Assembly: GCA_023205875.1 (NCBI GenBank) | Contig: CP060757.1 | Coordinates: 1 to 64,000 of the forward strand | DNA: 64,000 bases | Direction of reading: 5' to 3' | DNA from: Chloropicon primus | Taxonomy: Eukaryota | Shown here: positions 41,547 to 52,387 of the stretch, in pieces | Position numbering within the stretch: the first letter of the stretch is position 1 | Layout: each line of letters starts with the position of its first letter | Position numbers and translations under genes: made by a program | Notes under the pieces: generated by a model | Database searches by the model: none | The model's input: the letters and a program-made list of their open reading frames with translations, nothing else | Told to the model about the DNA's origin: nothing

Positions 41547-42232
41547 ATGGCGGGGAGAGTGGCAGGGAGGAGGGGTTTCGGGGTGTGTGTGGGGAGGACG
41601 CACAACAGGGCGCCGGGGACGAGGCAGGGGGGGAGAGCACAGGGTCCAGCCTTGGCCTTGGCCTTGGGAGAGGCGACCAGGAAGAGGAGGGGAGTGGTGG
41701 CGCGGGCGGCGGCGGCGGCGGTGGCCTCGCTCGAGGCCTTCCCGCACTGCGAGATTTTCGAGGTGAGGGCCATCGTGAGACCGTGGAGACAAGAGACCGT
41801 GGTCTCGGCCTTGCTCGACGTGGGAGTCCGAGGCCTGACCGTCAGCGAAGTCAAAGGGATAGGAGTCCAGGGCGCGAAGAGGGAGAGGTCCTTGGGGAGG
41901 GAGTACGGCGGCGGCGCCAACGACCTGGTGGACAAGACGCAGATCTCGATCGTCGTCTCGAGGGAGCAGGTTCAAGTTGTCTGCGCGGCGGTCATCAACT
42001 CTGCCCGAACCGGCGAGATTGGCGATGGAAAGGTAAGAAAATCGAAAGCGCAAGGGCGATCGGGCACCTTGCTCCTGTCTTGCTCCGTGTTCTCTTCCCG
42101 TTCTTCAGCTCTCTGACCCCTCCCCTCCTTTTCGTCGTTCGTGTGTCTCTTGCTCAGCTTTTCATCCATCCCTGCGTGGACGTGGTTAGGATCAGAACCA
42201 AGGAAAGAGGCGCGGTTGACGGGGCCAATTAA
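41547..42232 (+). CDS. GLB1: Nitrogen regulatory protein PII, plastid-targeted; 2 exons
   Basis: Exons 41547-42032 and 42158-42232. Motifs AIVRPWR, GVRGLTVSEVKGIGVQG, ARTGEIGDGK|LF and VVRIRT. Confidence 0.93.
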
Positions 42233-42383
42233 AGCACATCCTTCCTTCCTTGGAAAACAAGCCATCCATTCCTTCCTGAACGCTTCCTCCTCCTCCCTCC
42301 CCTCGCTCCCGTCCGCCCGCTGGCACTGGCACTGGATCACTGGATCCATCCCTCCGAGAGAGAAGCAGAGAAGCCAACAAACC

Positions 42384-42821
42384 CATGAACGAACGAACCA
42401 AGCAAGAGGAGAGTGAGAGCGATCCAGTGGCCAGGTGATTGACCCCTCCCTCTCCTCCCCTCCAGTTGTCCTCCCCTCCAGTTCCCCATCGTCATCATCC
42501 AGAGCATGAACGAACGAACCAAGCTCGATCCAGATTCTCCAGTTGTCCCCCTCCAGTTCCCCATCCTCATCATCCAGAGCATGAACGAACGAACCAAGCA
42601 AGAGGAGAGTGAGAGCGATCCAGTGGCCAGGTGATTGATCCCTCCCTCTCCTCCCCTCCAGTTGTCCTCCCCTCCAGTTCCCCATCGTCATCATCCAGAG
42701 CATGAACGAACGAACCAAGCAAGAGGAGAGTGAGAGCGATCCAGTGGCCAGGTGATTGACCCCTCCCTCTCCTCCCCTCCAGTTGTCCTCCCCTCCAGTT
42801 CCCCATCGTCATCATCCAGAG
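42384..42821. repeat. Intergenic minisatellite: three 121-bp copies plus one 75-bp deleted copy
   Basis: Units beginning CATGAACGAACGAACCAAGC start at 42384, 42505 (short), 42580 and 42701. Confidence 0.93.
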
Positions 42822-42917
42822 CAGCAGAGCAGCGAGCGCGGAGGCGGAGAGCGAGCGCGGAGAGAGAGAGAGAGAGAGGGAGAGAGAGGGAGGGAGGCCT
42901 TGTGTTTTGGTTTCGTG

Positions 42918-43834
42918 ATGGGTCCTGGAGAGTCGCAGTCCTTAGTGAACAAGTCCGAGTCGGAGAAGCTCGTGTTGGCTTCCTTGAGGAGGAACGACGA
43001 CTCGATCGAGGAAGTGTTGGAGACGGCGAACCACGTCTGTCTGTACGAATTCATCGTCAACCTCTCGCAATGGAAGCGGAGGGAAGTGGAGGGAACACTT
43101 TTCATCGTCAAGAGGTCAACTCACCCGAGGTTCCAACTCATCATACTCAACAGAAGGAGCCAGAGCAACCACGTCGAAGACATCGGTAAGTCACTCGTCC
43201 TTTGTGATCCTTCTTGTCCTAACGATGCCGATGCCGATGCCGTTGGTGCTGACCTTATGCGTGCGCGCGTGTGTGGGTTGTGGGTTGTGCAGTGCTGGGT
43301 CGGGAGGACTTCGAGCGAAGCGGTCCGTACGTGCTTTACAAGAACAACAAGCATGAGGTTCTGGGGATCTGGTTCTACGAGGAGAAGGAGTCGGAGAAGA
43401 TATTCAAGTTCCTGAAGAAGATCTCGCTCGCTTTCGTGATGGATGACGAGGAGGGAGGGAAGAGTACCGGGTTGCCAAGGGAAGCTATCGGGAAGATCCA
43501 CAATGTGGGGGACAATGCCGCCGGTGCTCCTGGCTCGGAGAAGAAGTCCACCGCCGCGGAGGAGATCTCAGACCTGCTCGGTATGCTGGACACGAACAAG
43601 GCCAAGGCCAAGGAGGAAGGCCACAAGGCCCAGAAGACAAAGGACAAGAAGAAGACATCCAGCGCTGTGGACAAGAAGCAGTCGTCTGACAAGGCTGATG
43701 CTGGAAACGGGGCGAGGAGAGCGAGAGGGGGGATCACGAGGGCGGACCTGAAAACCGCGTTGCAGAGGGTGGTCAGGAGAGAGGAGTTTGTAGACTTGTT
43801 GTACGAAGAGATACTGAACGCCTCGTCGTCCTGA
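42918..43834 (+). CDS. DCP1: mRNA decapping activator DCP1; 2 exons
   Basis: Exons 42918-43185 and 43293-43834. EVH1-type motifs HVCLYEF, WKRREVEGTLFIVKR, ILNR, PYVLYKN and GIWFY, plus a C-terminal helical domain. Confidence 0.92.
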
Positions 43835-43886
43835 GGACGCTGCTTGGGGGTTTATAGAACGGATTTTAATATACAGCACCCGTGGT

Positions 43887-45623
43887 TCACATCTTGTCTT
43901 CGGACACCTCCATAATCTTTGGCGCCTCGCACACGGCAGAGTTGCAGTTTGGATCTTTCGCGAGGTCAGTGAGGGTGAGCTTGGCCCGCATTTTCCAGTT
44001 CGCCTGGTCCTCCAAGGTCTCTGACTCCTCGCCGTCACCCTGGTCGGGGGAAACCTTGTGGAACTGGAGCACGCTGTTCGGAATCCACAGGACGTGCTTG
44101 CTCACCCAACCCTCCCGGCGGAGGCCCTCGGTGACCTTGGAGAAGTTGGCCTTCGCCAGGGTGTACGCCGCTTTGGTCTCCAACATCGCGTCGAACGAAT
44201 CAAGGCCTCCCTTGGACTTGAGGCTCCTCCAGCGCTTCTTGATGTAAGCCGCCTGGAGCAGGGCGAGGAGAGTGCTGCGCGCAGATATTTCCGGATTCAC
44301 AAACACCAGAGTCCTCACGCTCTTCATCTTCCTCGAGGCACTCAGCACCAAAATGTACTCCTCGCCCTCGTAAAAGCTCAAGTATTCCCCAAGTCTCCCG
44401 ATCCTCTGCCGGTCCTGGCCCTGCAAAGCTTTCAAGGAGGCGCCGAAAACAGTCTTGAATTCCCTCTCCTCCTCTGCGTTCAAGAAGGGCTTCACCAGCG
44501 TCGCGAGCGCACCCTCCCTCCGGTTCACGTCCTGCAGAGGCAGAACGGATCCGTGCTGGACAAAGTTGTCGAGGATGATCTCCGTCCTGTACCTGTTGAG
44601 GGTGTTGAGCCTGAGGTTCCCCAGGGCCTTGAGGGAGCTGAACCACACGAGCGCTCCGCTGACGAGGAAGACCGCGAGGGATTTCACCACGCTGCTTCCC
44701 ACGAAGAAGGATATGCCGATCCCGAGCCCGATTCCGATGAGGCCGGCGACAACGTCCTGGCTGTTCGCCTTGGCGCTGACGTCGCCCACGTTCTCCCTCA
44801 CCGCGAAGGACTTGAGTATCGCGGCCCTGGGCGGCAGCCTGGACATGTAGGACATGCTCTTGAACGCGTTCGCGATCGAGGCGGTGACGAGGAAGAACGA
44901 GGCGAAGAGGGGGGACACGATCTCCAGGAAGACTCCCACCTCGTACATCAGGTCCCCGAGAAAGACGAAGAACTTGGCGTCGTTGTCGAACTTATTCCCG
45001 ATGACCGACGCGAAGAGCATGCAGCCTATCCTTCCGAGTCCGTCCTTGAGGACCCAGTTTATCGCGGCCGAGGTGCCCACGGAGGCCGACGCCCCCACGC
45101 CCACCGCCCTCAGCAGGCCCTGCGTCCCCAGGACGGAGGTGGACGCGCTGACCGCGGACTTGACGAACGTCCAGTAGGAGAATCCCCAGTAGTCCCCGGT
45201 CACGACGTCCCTCCCGCCCTCCGGGAAGAACGTCCGCTGCACGAGGCTCTTGGGGTGCAAGGCCGCTAAGAGCTCCCGCCTCCCGCTGAAGCCCTCCTCG
45301 CCGGCCGTCCATCTCACCTCCACCAGGTGGCGAGATCCAGATCCTTCCGCCTCCTCCTCCTCCTCCTCCGAGGAGGAGGCGGCTTGGTACTCGTACTCCC
45401 TCTTGTTCCCGCTCGCCACGTCCGTCTCGCTCAGGTGCCAGGTGGCGGCGAACTCGTCCTTGGCGGTGGAAAGGGGACGAGGGGGACAAGGAGGACGGCG
45501 AAAATGCGAAGCAGTCCTCCTCCTGGCAAGCGAAAGGGCAAGTGGAAGGGGCGAGCGTCGCCGCAACTCCAGCCCCAGCCCCCCCTTCCCACTCGACCGA
45601 CCCGGTGCTGCTGCCCTCCCCAT
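43887..45623 (-). CDS. RUS (root UVB sensitive)/DUF647 family protein
   Basis: FFPEG...[43 protein letters not shown] and TLNRYR. Confidence 0.9.
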   Translation of the reverse strand: MGRAAAPGRSSGKGGLGLELRRRSPLPLALSLARRRTASHFRRPPCPPRPLSTAKDEFAATWHLSETDVASGNKREYEYQAASSSEEEEEEAEGSGSRHLVEVRWTAGEEGFSGRRELLAALHPKSLVQRTFFPEGGRDVVTGDYWGFSYWTFVKSAVSASTSVLGTQGLLRAVGVGASASVGTSAAINWVLKDGLGRIGCMLFASVIGNKFDNDAKFFVFLGDLMYEVGVFLEIVSPLFASFFLVTASIANAFKSMSYMSRLPPRAAILKSFAVRENVGDVSAKANSQDVVAGLIGIGLGIGISFFVGSSVVKSLAVFLVSGALVWFSSLKALGNLRLNTLNRYRTEIILDNFVQHGSVLPLQDVNRREGALATLVKPFLNAEEEREFKTVFGASLKALQGQDRQRIGRLGEYLSFYEGEEYILVLSASRKMKSVRTLVFVNPEISARSTLLALLQAAYIKKRWRSLKSKGGLDSFDAMLETKAAYTLAKANFSKVTEGLRREGWVSKHVLWIPNSVLQFHKVSPDQGDGEESETLEDQANWKMRAKLTLTDLAKDPNCNSAVCEAPKIMEVSEDKM

Positions 45624-46277
45624 TGTGGTCCGTGGCCTGCCCTCGTGCTTGTGGTTGGTCCCTGCACCAGCACCAGCACTAGCACTAGCACCAGCAGAGT
45701 CCTCTTCCCTGCTTCCTCCGCTACCGGCTCTCTACAGGTCTGTGCTCCTGTGTTATCCTGTAACTCGTTCCTCCTCCTTGTCCTGCTCGTTCCCCTTCTC
45801 TCTGCTCTGCTCTGCTCTGCTCTATGTGTTTTGTTCGTCCTGCCGGCGTGCGTGCGTGCGTGTTGTCGCCAATGTATCCAGCCAAGGCCAAGGCCAAGGT
45901 CTCCTTTCCTCCTCTCCTCCTGGCTCCACCTGGTGGTTCCCCTCTCCTCTCCCAAACCAAGCCAAGCCTCCGCTCCAGTCGCTCCAGTCACTCCCGTGTC
46001 TCCAGCCCCTGTTTCCTCCTCCTCCACTCTTTGTTGCTGCACTTCCCCTTCCCCTTCCCCTTCCCCTTCCTCTTCCCCTTCCTCTTCCTGTCTTGCTCCG
46101 CTCTGGTGCGCTGACGCGATCCTCCTCCGTTCTGGCGAGGGTTTCTCCTTCTCCCTCAGTCGAGGCCTCACGAGCGGCGACCACGACCACGACCACGACC
46201 ACGAGCGAACCCAACACAACTCGGCGGCACACCACGCGAGGCACGACACGAGGCGACGCGAGGCACGAGGCGGCAAG

Positions 46278-47801
46278 ATGTTGGCGAGGGTTTGGTGTAG
46301 AACACTCCTCGCGCAATGCAAAAAGAACAAAGCTTGTGCCTTGGCCATGGCCATGGGGTCCAAGAGGGACTACACGGCAGCAGCGGCAGGAGGAGAGGAA
46401 GTCGCCATGGCGGATGTTGTTGTGGTGGGGGGAGGACCGGGAGGGTATGTGGCGGCGATTAAGGCAGCGCAACTTGGTTTGAAGGCGGTGTGCGTGGAAG
46501 GGAGGGGAACTTTGGGAGGGACGTGTCTCAACGTGGGATGCATCCCGAGCAAGGCTTTGTTGAACTCGAGTCACAAGTACGAGGACGCGACCAAGCACTT
46601 TGCGGATTACGGCATCAAGGTGGACAACGTGGCGATGGACGTGAAGAAGATGATGAGCCAGAAGGAGAAGGCCGTCGGTGGACTGACCAAGGGAATCGAG
46701 GGACTCTTCAAGAAGAACAAGGTCAAGTACGTCAAGGGGTGGGGGAAGGTGACCGGGGCCAACGAGGTCACCGTCGCCATGGAGGACGGGTCGGAGACCA
46801 AAGTTGAGGCCAAGAACGTCGTGATCGCCACGGGAAGCGAGGTCACCCCGCTCCCAGGCGTCACCATTGACGAGGAGAAGATCGTGAGCTCCACGGGGGC
46901 TTTGGCCCTCAAGGAGGTCCCGAAGAAGATGGTCGTCATCGGAGGAGGCATCATCGGCCTGGAGCTTGGCTCCGTGTGGGGCAGGCTCGGTGCGGAGGTC
47001 GAGGTCATCGAGTTCTTGCCCAACATCGTGCCCGCGATGGACCACGAGGTCAGGAGGAACTTCGAGAGAGTGATGAAGAAGCAGGGCATCAAGATCAGGC
47101 TCGAGCACAAGGTGACGAGCGCAGTGGCCTCGGACTCCGGGGTCAAGCTGACCGTGGAGCCCGCCAAGGGTGGGGACGCCGAGGAGCTCGACGCGGACGT
47201 CGTCCTGGTCGCCATCGGAAGAAGGCCATACACCGAGAACCTTGGCCTCGAGGACCTCGGGATCGAGATGGACAGGGGCATGGTCCTCGTGAACGACAAG
47301 TTCCAGACGAACGTTCCTTCCGTCCACGCCATTGGCGACGTGATCCCTGGCCCGATGCTTGCCCACAAGGCCGAGGAGGACGGCATCGCCTGCATCGAGC
47401 ACATCGCTGGCAAGGTTGGCCATGTCAACTACGACACGATTCCTTCCATCATTTACACTCACCCTGAAGTGGCTTGGGTTGGCAAGACGGAGAAGGAGCT
47501 CAAGGCGGAGGGCGTCAAGTACAAGGCCGGCAAGTTCAGCATGATGGCGAACAGCAGGGCCAGGACCGTGGACGAGACTGACGGCGTCGTCAAGTTCTTG
47601 GCCGACAAGGAGACCGACAAGATTCTTGGCGTGCACATCATGGGAGCCAACGCCGGAGAGTTGATCGCGGAGTGCGTTCTCGCCATGGAGTACGGAGCCT
47701 CCAGCGAGGACATTGCCCGCACGTGCCACGGCCACCCAACCCTTTCCGAGGCCGTCAAGGAGGCCGCCATGGCCACCTACGACAAGCCCATCCACAGTTA
47801 G
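46278..47801 (+). CDS. LPD1: Dihydrolipoyl dehydrogenase, mitochondrial
   Basis: [41 protein letters not shown] and HGHPTLSE, after a mitochondrial-type presequence. Confidence 0.97.
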   Translation: MLARVWCRTLLAQCKKNKACALAMAMGSKRDYTAAAAGGEEVAMADVVVVGGGPGGYVAAIKAAQLGLKAVCVEGRGTLGGTCLNVGCIPSKALLNSSHKYEDATKHFADYGIKVDNVAMDVKKMMSQKEKAVGGLTKGIEGLFKKNKVKYVKGWGKVTGANEVTVAMEDGSETKVEAKNVVIATGSEVTPLPGVTIDEEKIVSSTGALALKEVPKKMVVIGGGIIGLELGSVWGRLGAEVEVIEFLPNIVPAMDHEVRRNFERVMKKQGIKIRLEHKVTSAVASDSGVKLTVEPAKGGDAEELDADVVLVAIGRRPYTENLGLEDLGIEMDRGMVLVNDKFQTNVPSVHAIGDVIPGPMLAHKAEEDGIACIEHIAGKVGHVNYDTIPSIIYTHPEVAWVGKTEKELKAEGVKYKAGKFSMMANSRARTVDETDGVVKFLADKETDKILGVHIMGANAGELIAECVLAMEYGASSEDIARTCHGHPTLSEAVKEAAMATYDKPIHS

Positions 47802-47964
47802 AGTAGGCGCACACAACCTAAAGAGAGTGCGCGCGCGAGTAGGATCAATACAAGAGGGAAGGCGATGTTGTAATCGATTCTTTTCTTCTTATTGTTCTTT
47901 ATCTTTTACACACACACACACACACAAACACAAACAAGCAAATTATTGTTCTTCTTCGAGCACG

Positions 47965-48837
47965 TCACGCCGTCTTGATCTCCGAGCAAGACTTAATGGT
48001 GACCTGCTCCTTGGGCCTCTCGTTCACCGTCTCGAGCTTTTCCAGGACCTTGAGAACTCTCATGCCCTCCACGACCTGCCCGAAGGCCACCTTGGTGCCG
48101 TCGAGCCAAGGCAGGGCCTCCAAGGTAATGTAGAACTGGGAGTTGTTCGTGTGGGGACCCACCGAAGCGAGGCCGATAATGCCGGGCCTGGAGTGCTTCA
48201 CGGTAAAGGTCTCATCAGGGAAGCAGTCCTCCTCGATGATACCGTCGCCCTTGCCCTCGAGGAGGTCTCCTCCCTGCACCCAACCTCCAGGAACGATCCG
48301 GTGGATGGTCGAACCCTGATACCGCTTCCCCAAGTCTCCCCTGACGTACTGCAAGAACTTGTTGCACGTCACGGGGCAAAGGGAAGTGAAGAGCTCCACT
48401 ATCACGAAGCCCAAGCTCTCCTCACCGCATTCGAACTCCATCTTGAAGAACTTGTGTCCGGTCTTTTCCATGGCGTGACGGAACTGCTTGGTGGCCAACC
48501 GCTTGAAGAACATGGTATTCGTCCTGGAATCATCATACCCGTACACATCCTTGGCCCACTGCAGGAACTTGGTGCTCCCACCTGCGTACACCATATCACT
48601 CTCCGTCTCTCCAGTCATGTACAACATGTTTTCCTTGTGAAACCTCTTGACTGGTCCACGTTCTGGACACTCCAAGTTCTGGACATAGATCTCGTAATCC
48701 GTGGGCAGCAAGTTGATCAATTGTATGTCGATGTTCCCTGCAACTTTTTCCAACACCTCCACCGCTTTCCTCACCCTTTGGTACTGGGGGTCATTCACCT
48801 TTCCCACCAACCGAAGGTGTGAGTCCACCACCGTCAT
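47965..48837 (-). CDS. PPIL6: Cyclophilin with N-terminal extension, PPIL6/RSP12-like
   Basis: C-terminal cyclophilin (CPVTCNKF, HRIVPGGWVQGGD, SQFYITL, VAFGQV) follows an N-terminal domain with GGSTKFLQWA. A probable upstream exon ends in ATG at 49020-49018, with intron 49017-48841. Confidence 0.75.
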   Translation of the reverse strand: MTVVDSHLRLVGKVNDPQYQRVRKAVEVLEKVAGNIDIQLINLLPTDYEIYVQNLECPERGPVKRFHKENMLYMTGETESDMVYAGGSTKFLQWAKDVYGYDDSRTNTMFFKRLATKQFRHAMEKTGHKFFKMEFECGEESLGFVIVELFTSLCPVTCNKFLQYVRGDLGKRYQGSTIHRIVPGGWVQGGDLLEGKGDGIIEEDCFPDETFTVKHSRPGIIGLASVGPHTNNSQFYITLEALPWLDGTKVAFGQVVEGMRVLKVLEKLETVNERPKEQVTIKSCSEIKTA

Positions 48838-49400
48838 CTTCTACGACCTCCTGCCTTGGGTACGGGAGCACAACTCAAGCCAAGTCAAAGGGTTGACTGG
48901 TTGGAATGGAACGAGGATGAGGATAAGGATGGAGGATGGTGTCCTCACTCGCCGTGTCAAAGCTTCCACCTTTCCTTTCCTCCGAGGCAGGAGGATCGAA
49001 TGAGGAGGAGGCCTCACCATGTGGTGGTTTGACCGAAAATCCTTAGTCCAAGAATTAGTCACAAAAGTAAGCACAGAGGCGCACGAAACAACCAACCCCA
49101 GGGAGGAGGAAGGGGAAGGGGAAGGAGGGGATGTCGGTTTGGACGCCATCGTGGGGTCTGGACGCAACGGATTACAAAAAGGAATAGAGTCCTTCCTTCT
49201 GGGTCTCTTCCACAACGACAAGCGTGGAAGGAAAGTGTGCATCAGCGTCTATCAAGGGGTGTGTATGTGTGAACAGTGGGGGAGCGGGCAAGAGCGAGTG
49301 GTTGGAAGGAAAGGATATGTGATCATAGAATCGATTAAAGGCACATCGCCATTCCATCGTTTCGTGAAAAAAATAATATTTATATTAAAAGGCGGGTGGT

Positions 49401-50873
49401 TTAGGAGCCGCTCTCCCTCTCCTTGGCGTCGAGGGTCATTTTCATGAACGAGTCACTCGATAGGTCCAGTTCGCTCTCTATCGACTCCCCGAGGTAAGAG
49501 TTCTTTCCCATGGAGAAGGACTGTGAGAGGGGAGAATTCTCCGCCCCGATGAGCTCCTGGGCCTGGTCGAACGTGGCGCCAGTGAAGGAAGTCGACAGGG
49601 CGCTGTTCGACATCAGCGCTCTCTCCACCAAGTTGCTGCTCAGGCCCTGCTTGGGCATGGAGGTGGCCGACCGGATCGGTGGGCCGGGAATTCCCTGGCC
49701 GGACCCGCTCGCCGACCCCTTGTTATCTAAGTTCACAAACTGCATCTTAAAGCGGTCCACCTGGGATGGGAAGTGGTACACGTGCCTGCTGTTTGTGGAC
49801 ATGAACTGCTTCTTGGCATCGGGGTGGTACTCCAAGATCTCCCGAAACATGAGATCCCTTATCTCACTTTCCCGCAAGGACTTCTGGTCGAAGCCGTAGT
49901 CTAGCTTGCTCAGAGGTTTCGCTATGTCCTCGGTCCTTGACTTGAAGAGGTCCTTGAAGTAGGGCTCCTCCAAGGCGTCCGAGGCGCTTATCCTGTCGTC
50001 CTGGTCGAAAGCAAGCAGCTTCTTGATCATATCGGTGGCCCCCTGGCTCGCCATAGGAAAGACCTTCCGCATGTCGGCGGGGTCCTTGTGCGGCAGCTGC
50101 TCAAGGTACCGCCTCGCGCGCTCGTTCCTAATCTTCTTCACCGTCTCCGGCTTCGGAGTCCCAAGCAAGTCCGTGATCAGCTCAAGCTGGTTCACGACGT
50201 TCTTCCCGGGAAACAGGGGCTTCCCCAGCAAGAGCTCGGCGAATATGCAACCTATCGACCAGACGTCCACCATGGGGGAGTACTTGGTGAAGAAGGACCC
50301 GCAGAGCTCCGGGGCGCGGTACCACCGCGTCGCCACGTAGTCCGTCCAGAATATGGTCTGCGCCTGGTCCGTGAACTGAGGTCGCGCCAGGCCAAAGTCG
50401 CATATCTTCAACTTGCAGTCCGAGTTGGCCAAGATATTCTTGGGCTTGAGGTCTCGGTGGAACACCCTGGCCGAGTGAATGAACTTCAGGCCCCGCAGCA
50501 TCTGGAACAGCAGGTACTGGTGGTGCTCGTCCGTCAAGTCGTCGTTCGCCCTTATCACTTGATGGAGGTCCGTCTCCATGAGCTCGAACACGACATAAAT
50601 GTCTCGAAAGTCTTTGGGCGAGGGCGGGAGAATGATGTCCTTGATCGTCACGATGTCCGGGTGCTTGAGGTGTCTCAGAAGCTTGATCTCGCGAAGGATC
50701 CGCACCCCGTCCGATATGTGCTCGAACACGTTGTTGATCCGTTTTATCGCCACGTTCTCCTTGTTCTTCGTGTCGTACGCCGAGTACACCACCCCATAAC
50801 TCCCCTTCCCGACGGCTTCCTTAATGATGTAACGGTTGGAGTCCCCGTAATCGAACTTGAAGTTGTCCGACAT
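49401..50873 (-). CDS. Mitogen-activated protein kinase, TDY (plant group D) type
   Basis: GKGSYG, HRDLKPKN, DFGLAR and FWTDYVATRWYRAPELCGSFF, with a long C-terminal tail. Confidence 0.96.
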   Translation of the reverse strand: MSDNFKFDYGDSNRYIIKEAVGKGSYGVVYSAYDTKNKENVAIKRINNVFEHISDGVRILREIKLLRHLKHPDIVTIKDIILPPSPKDFRDIYVVFELMETDLHQVIRANDDLTDEHHQYLLFQMLRGLKFIHSARVFHRDLKPKNILANSDCKLKICDFGLARPQFTDQAQTIFWTDYVATRWYRAPELCGSFFTKYSPMVDVWSIGCIFAELLLGKPLFPGKNVVNQLELITDLLGTPKPETVKKIRNERARRYLEQLPHKDPADMRKVFPMASQGATDMIKKLLAFDQDDRISASDALEEPYFKDLFKSRTEDIAKPLSKLDYGFDQKSLRESEIRDLMFREILEYHPDAKKQFMSTNSRHVYHFPSQVDRFKMQFVNLDNKGSASGSGQGIPGPPIRSATSMPKQGLSSNLVERALMSNSALSTSFTGATFDQAQELIGAENSPLSQSFSMGKNSYLGESIESELDLSSDSFMKMTLDAKERESGS

Positions 50874-51719
50874 CCTTATCCTTCCCTTCCTTTCCCTTCA
50901 CCTCCACGCCAAGCAAGCAAGTGACTCGATCGACACGATCGATCGATCGATCGATCGACGAGGCCTCTGACTTGTTGGACTCTGCTCTCGTTATGGCCTT
51001 GAAACTTCAAGGTGGTTTCTTCCGTCAAGCCCACGCCAGAACCACGCGCCCCCGCGCGTGCGTGTCCTCCTTCCTCCCTATCCCAATACCACTGAATCAA
51101 AATGAATTCACGCAAGGTAAGGCAAAAAAAAATAAAAATGAAATGCCTTTCCTTCTTTCGTTCGTTCCGTCCGGTTTCGTCCGTTCCGTTCGCCCTCTAC
51201 CGCGGCCACGACCTGCGTGTCGTCGTCGTCCCTCGTATCGTATCGTGTCTTGCGTCTCGTCCCGGCGTCGTCGCCCTCCCTCGCGGTCGTTCGTGATCGA
51301 TCGTGTCTTGTCTTTCCCTCCCCTCGGTCGTAAACCCTCTCCTCTCCTCTCCTCTCCGTCCGACTCCAGGAGCACGAGAACTGGATAAGATTAACGACCG
51401 AGTTCGGCAGCAACCATAGACGGAGGAAACAGACGCGGAGGCAGAGACAGAGACGGTAGAGAACGGGACCGGGGGACTCCTTGGGACTTTCGCTTTCGAA
51501 CAAGACCACGCTGCCGTGGAGGGAAGTACGGATGGGGATGGGGATGGACTGAACATCCATTGGATGGCACTGCACTGCACTGCATTGCTTTGCATTGGAT
51601 TGGATACCAGGCAGGAGGAGGGCACGCAAAGGAAGGTGGCAAGGCCGGAGCACCAGCAGGGCATTGTATTGGCGGAAGGGGAGGGGCAGTCGCACGGGAG
51701 GCAGAAGGAGAAGGAGGGG

Positions 51720-52202
51720 ATGGTGGGGAGGGGAGGGGGTGTCTCGACGGCGAAGGCGGGGAGAGCGAGGACAATGTCGAAGGGGGAGTACGGGAATCGG
51801 TGGTGGCGAGTTGGAGGGAGATCTCATGTGCTGACGGTGACGAGGACCGCTGGGGGAGGGGACGGGGTACCCGAGTCCAGTCGTGCGGCCAGGTACACGC
51901 TCGTGCTGTACGGGAAGCCGGAATGTCAGTCGTGCGATGACATGAAGAGAAAGGTCTCGGCGCTCATAGACAGGGCCAAGTTCGTGCCGGGGCCCCTCTC
52001 GGAAGCGACCTTGGTCGAGAGGGACATCAACGACGACCTCAAGTGGGTGTGGAAGTACGGGGGGAGTATTCCGGAGCTGGGCTGCGTGGTCGACGGGGAC
52101 GAGGAGGGCGAGGTGCTCCTGCCCAGAGTAAGCCACAGGGAGACGACGGATTCGATAGGAAGGCACTTGGAGAAAGTCTTGGGGAACCTCACTTCCGAAT
52201 GA
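51720..52202 (+). CDS. Glutaredoxin-like protein (DUF836), probably plastid-targeted
   Basis: LVLYGKPECQSCD, ERDINDD..W..KY..IPEL and LPRVS. The start is uncertain. Confidence 0.75.
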   Translation: MVGRGGGVSTAKAGRARTMSKGEYGNRWWRVGGRSHVLTVTRTAGGGDGVPESSRAARYTLVLYGKPECQSCDDMKRKVSALIDRAKFVPGPLSEATLVERDINDDLKWVWKYGGSIPELGCVVDGDEEGEVLLPRVSHRETTDSIGRHLEKVLGNLTSE

Positions 52203-52387
52203 ATCATGATGTAATGTGACGCACCGTCAAGTGGGGGAAGGAAGGAGTTGTTTGCACCGTGCAGGCGGACCAACAATAATCACATCTCAGTGTTTAAAAA
52301 AAAAAAAAATATATATATATATATCATTGGCGGGGCCTTTCCTCAGGTCAGCAGCGGCAACAACGGCAAGAGTCAAAGCCGGATTGC

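Noticed and set aside
45327..46277. 300-aa N-terminal extension of dihydrolipoyl dehydrogenase
   Set aside because: It is an open frame through microsatellite-rich intergenic DNA that overlaps the RUS gene. MLARVW at 46278 gives a normal mitochondrial presequence.
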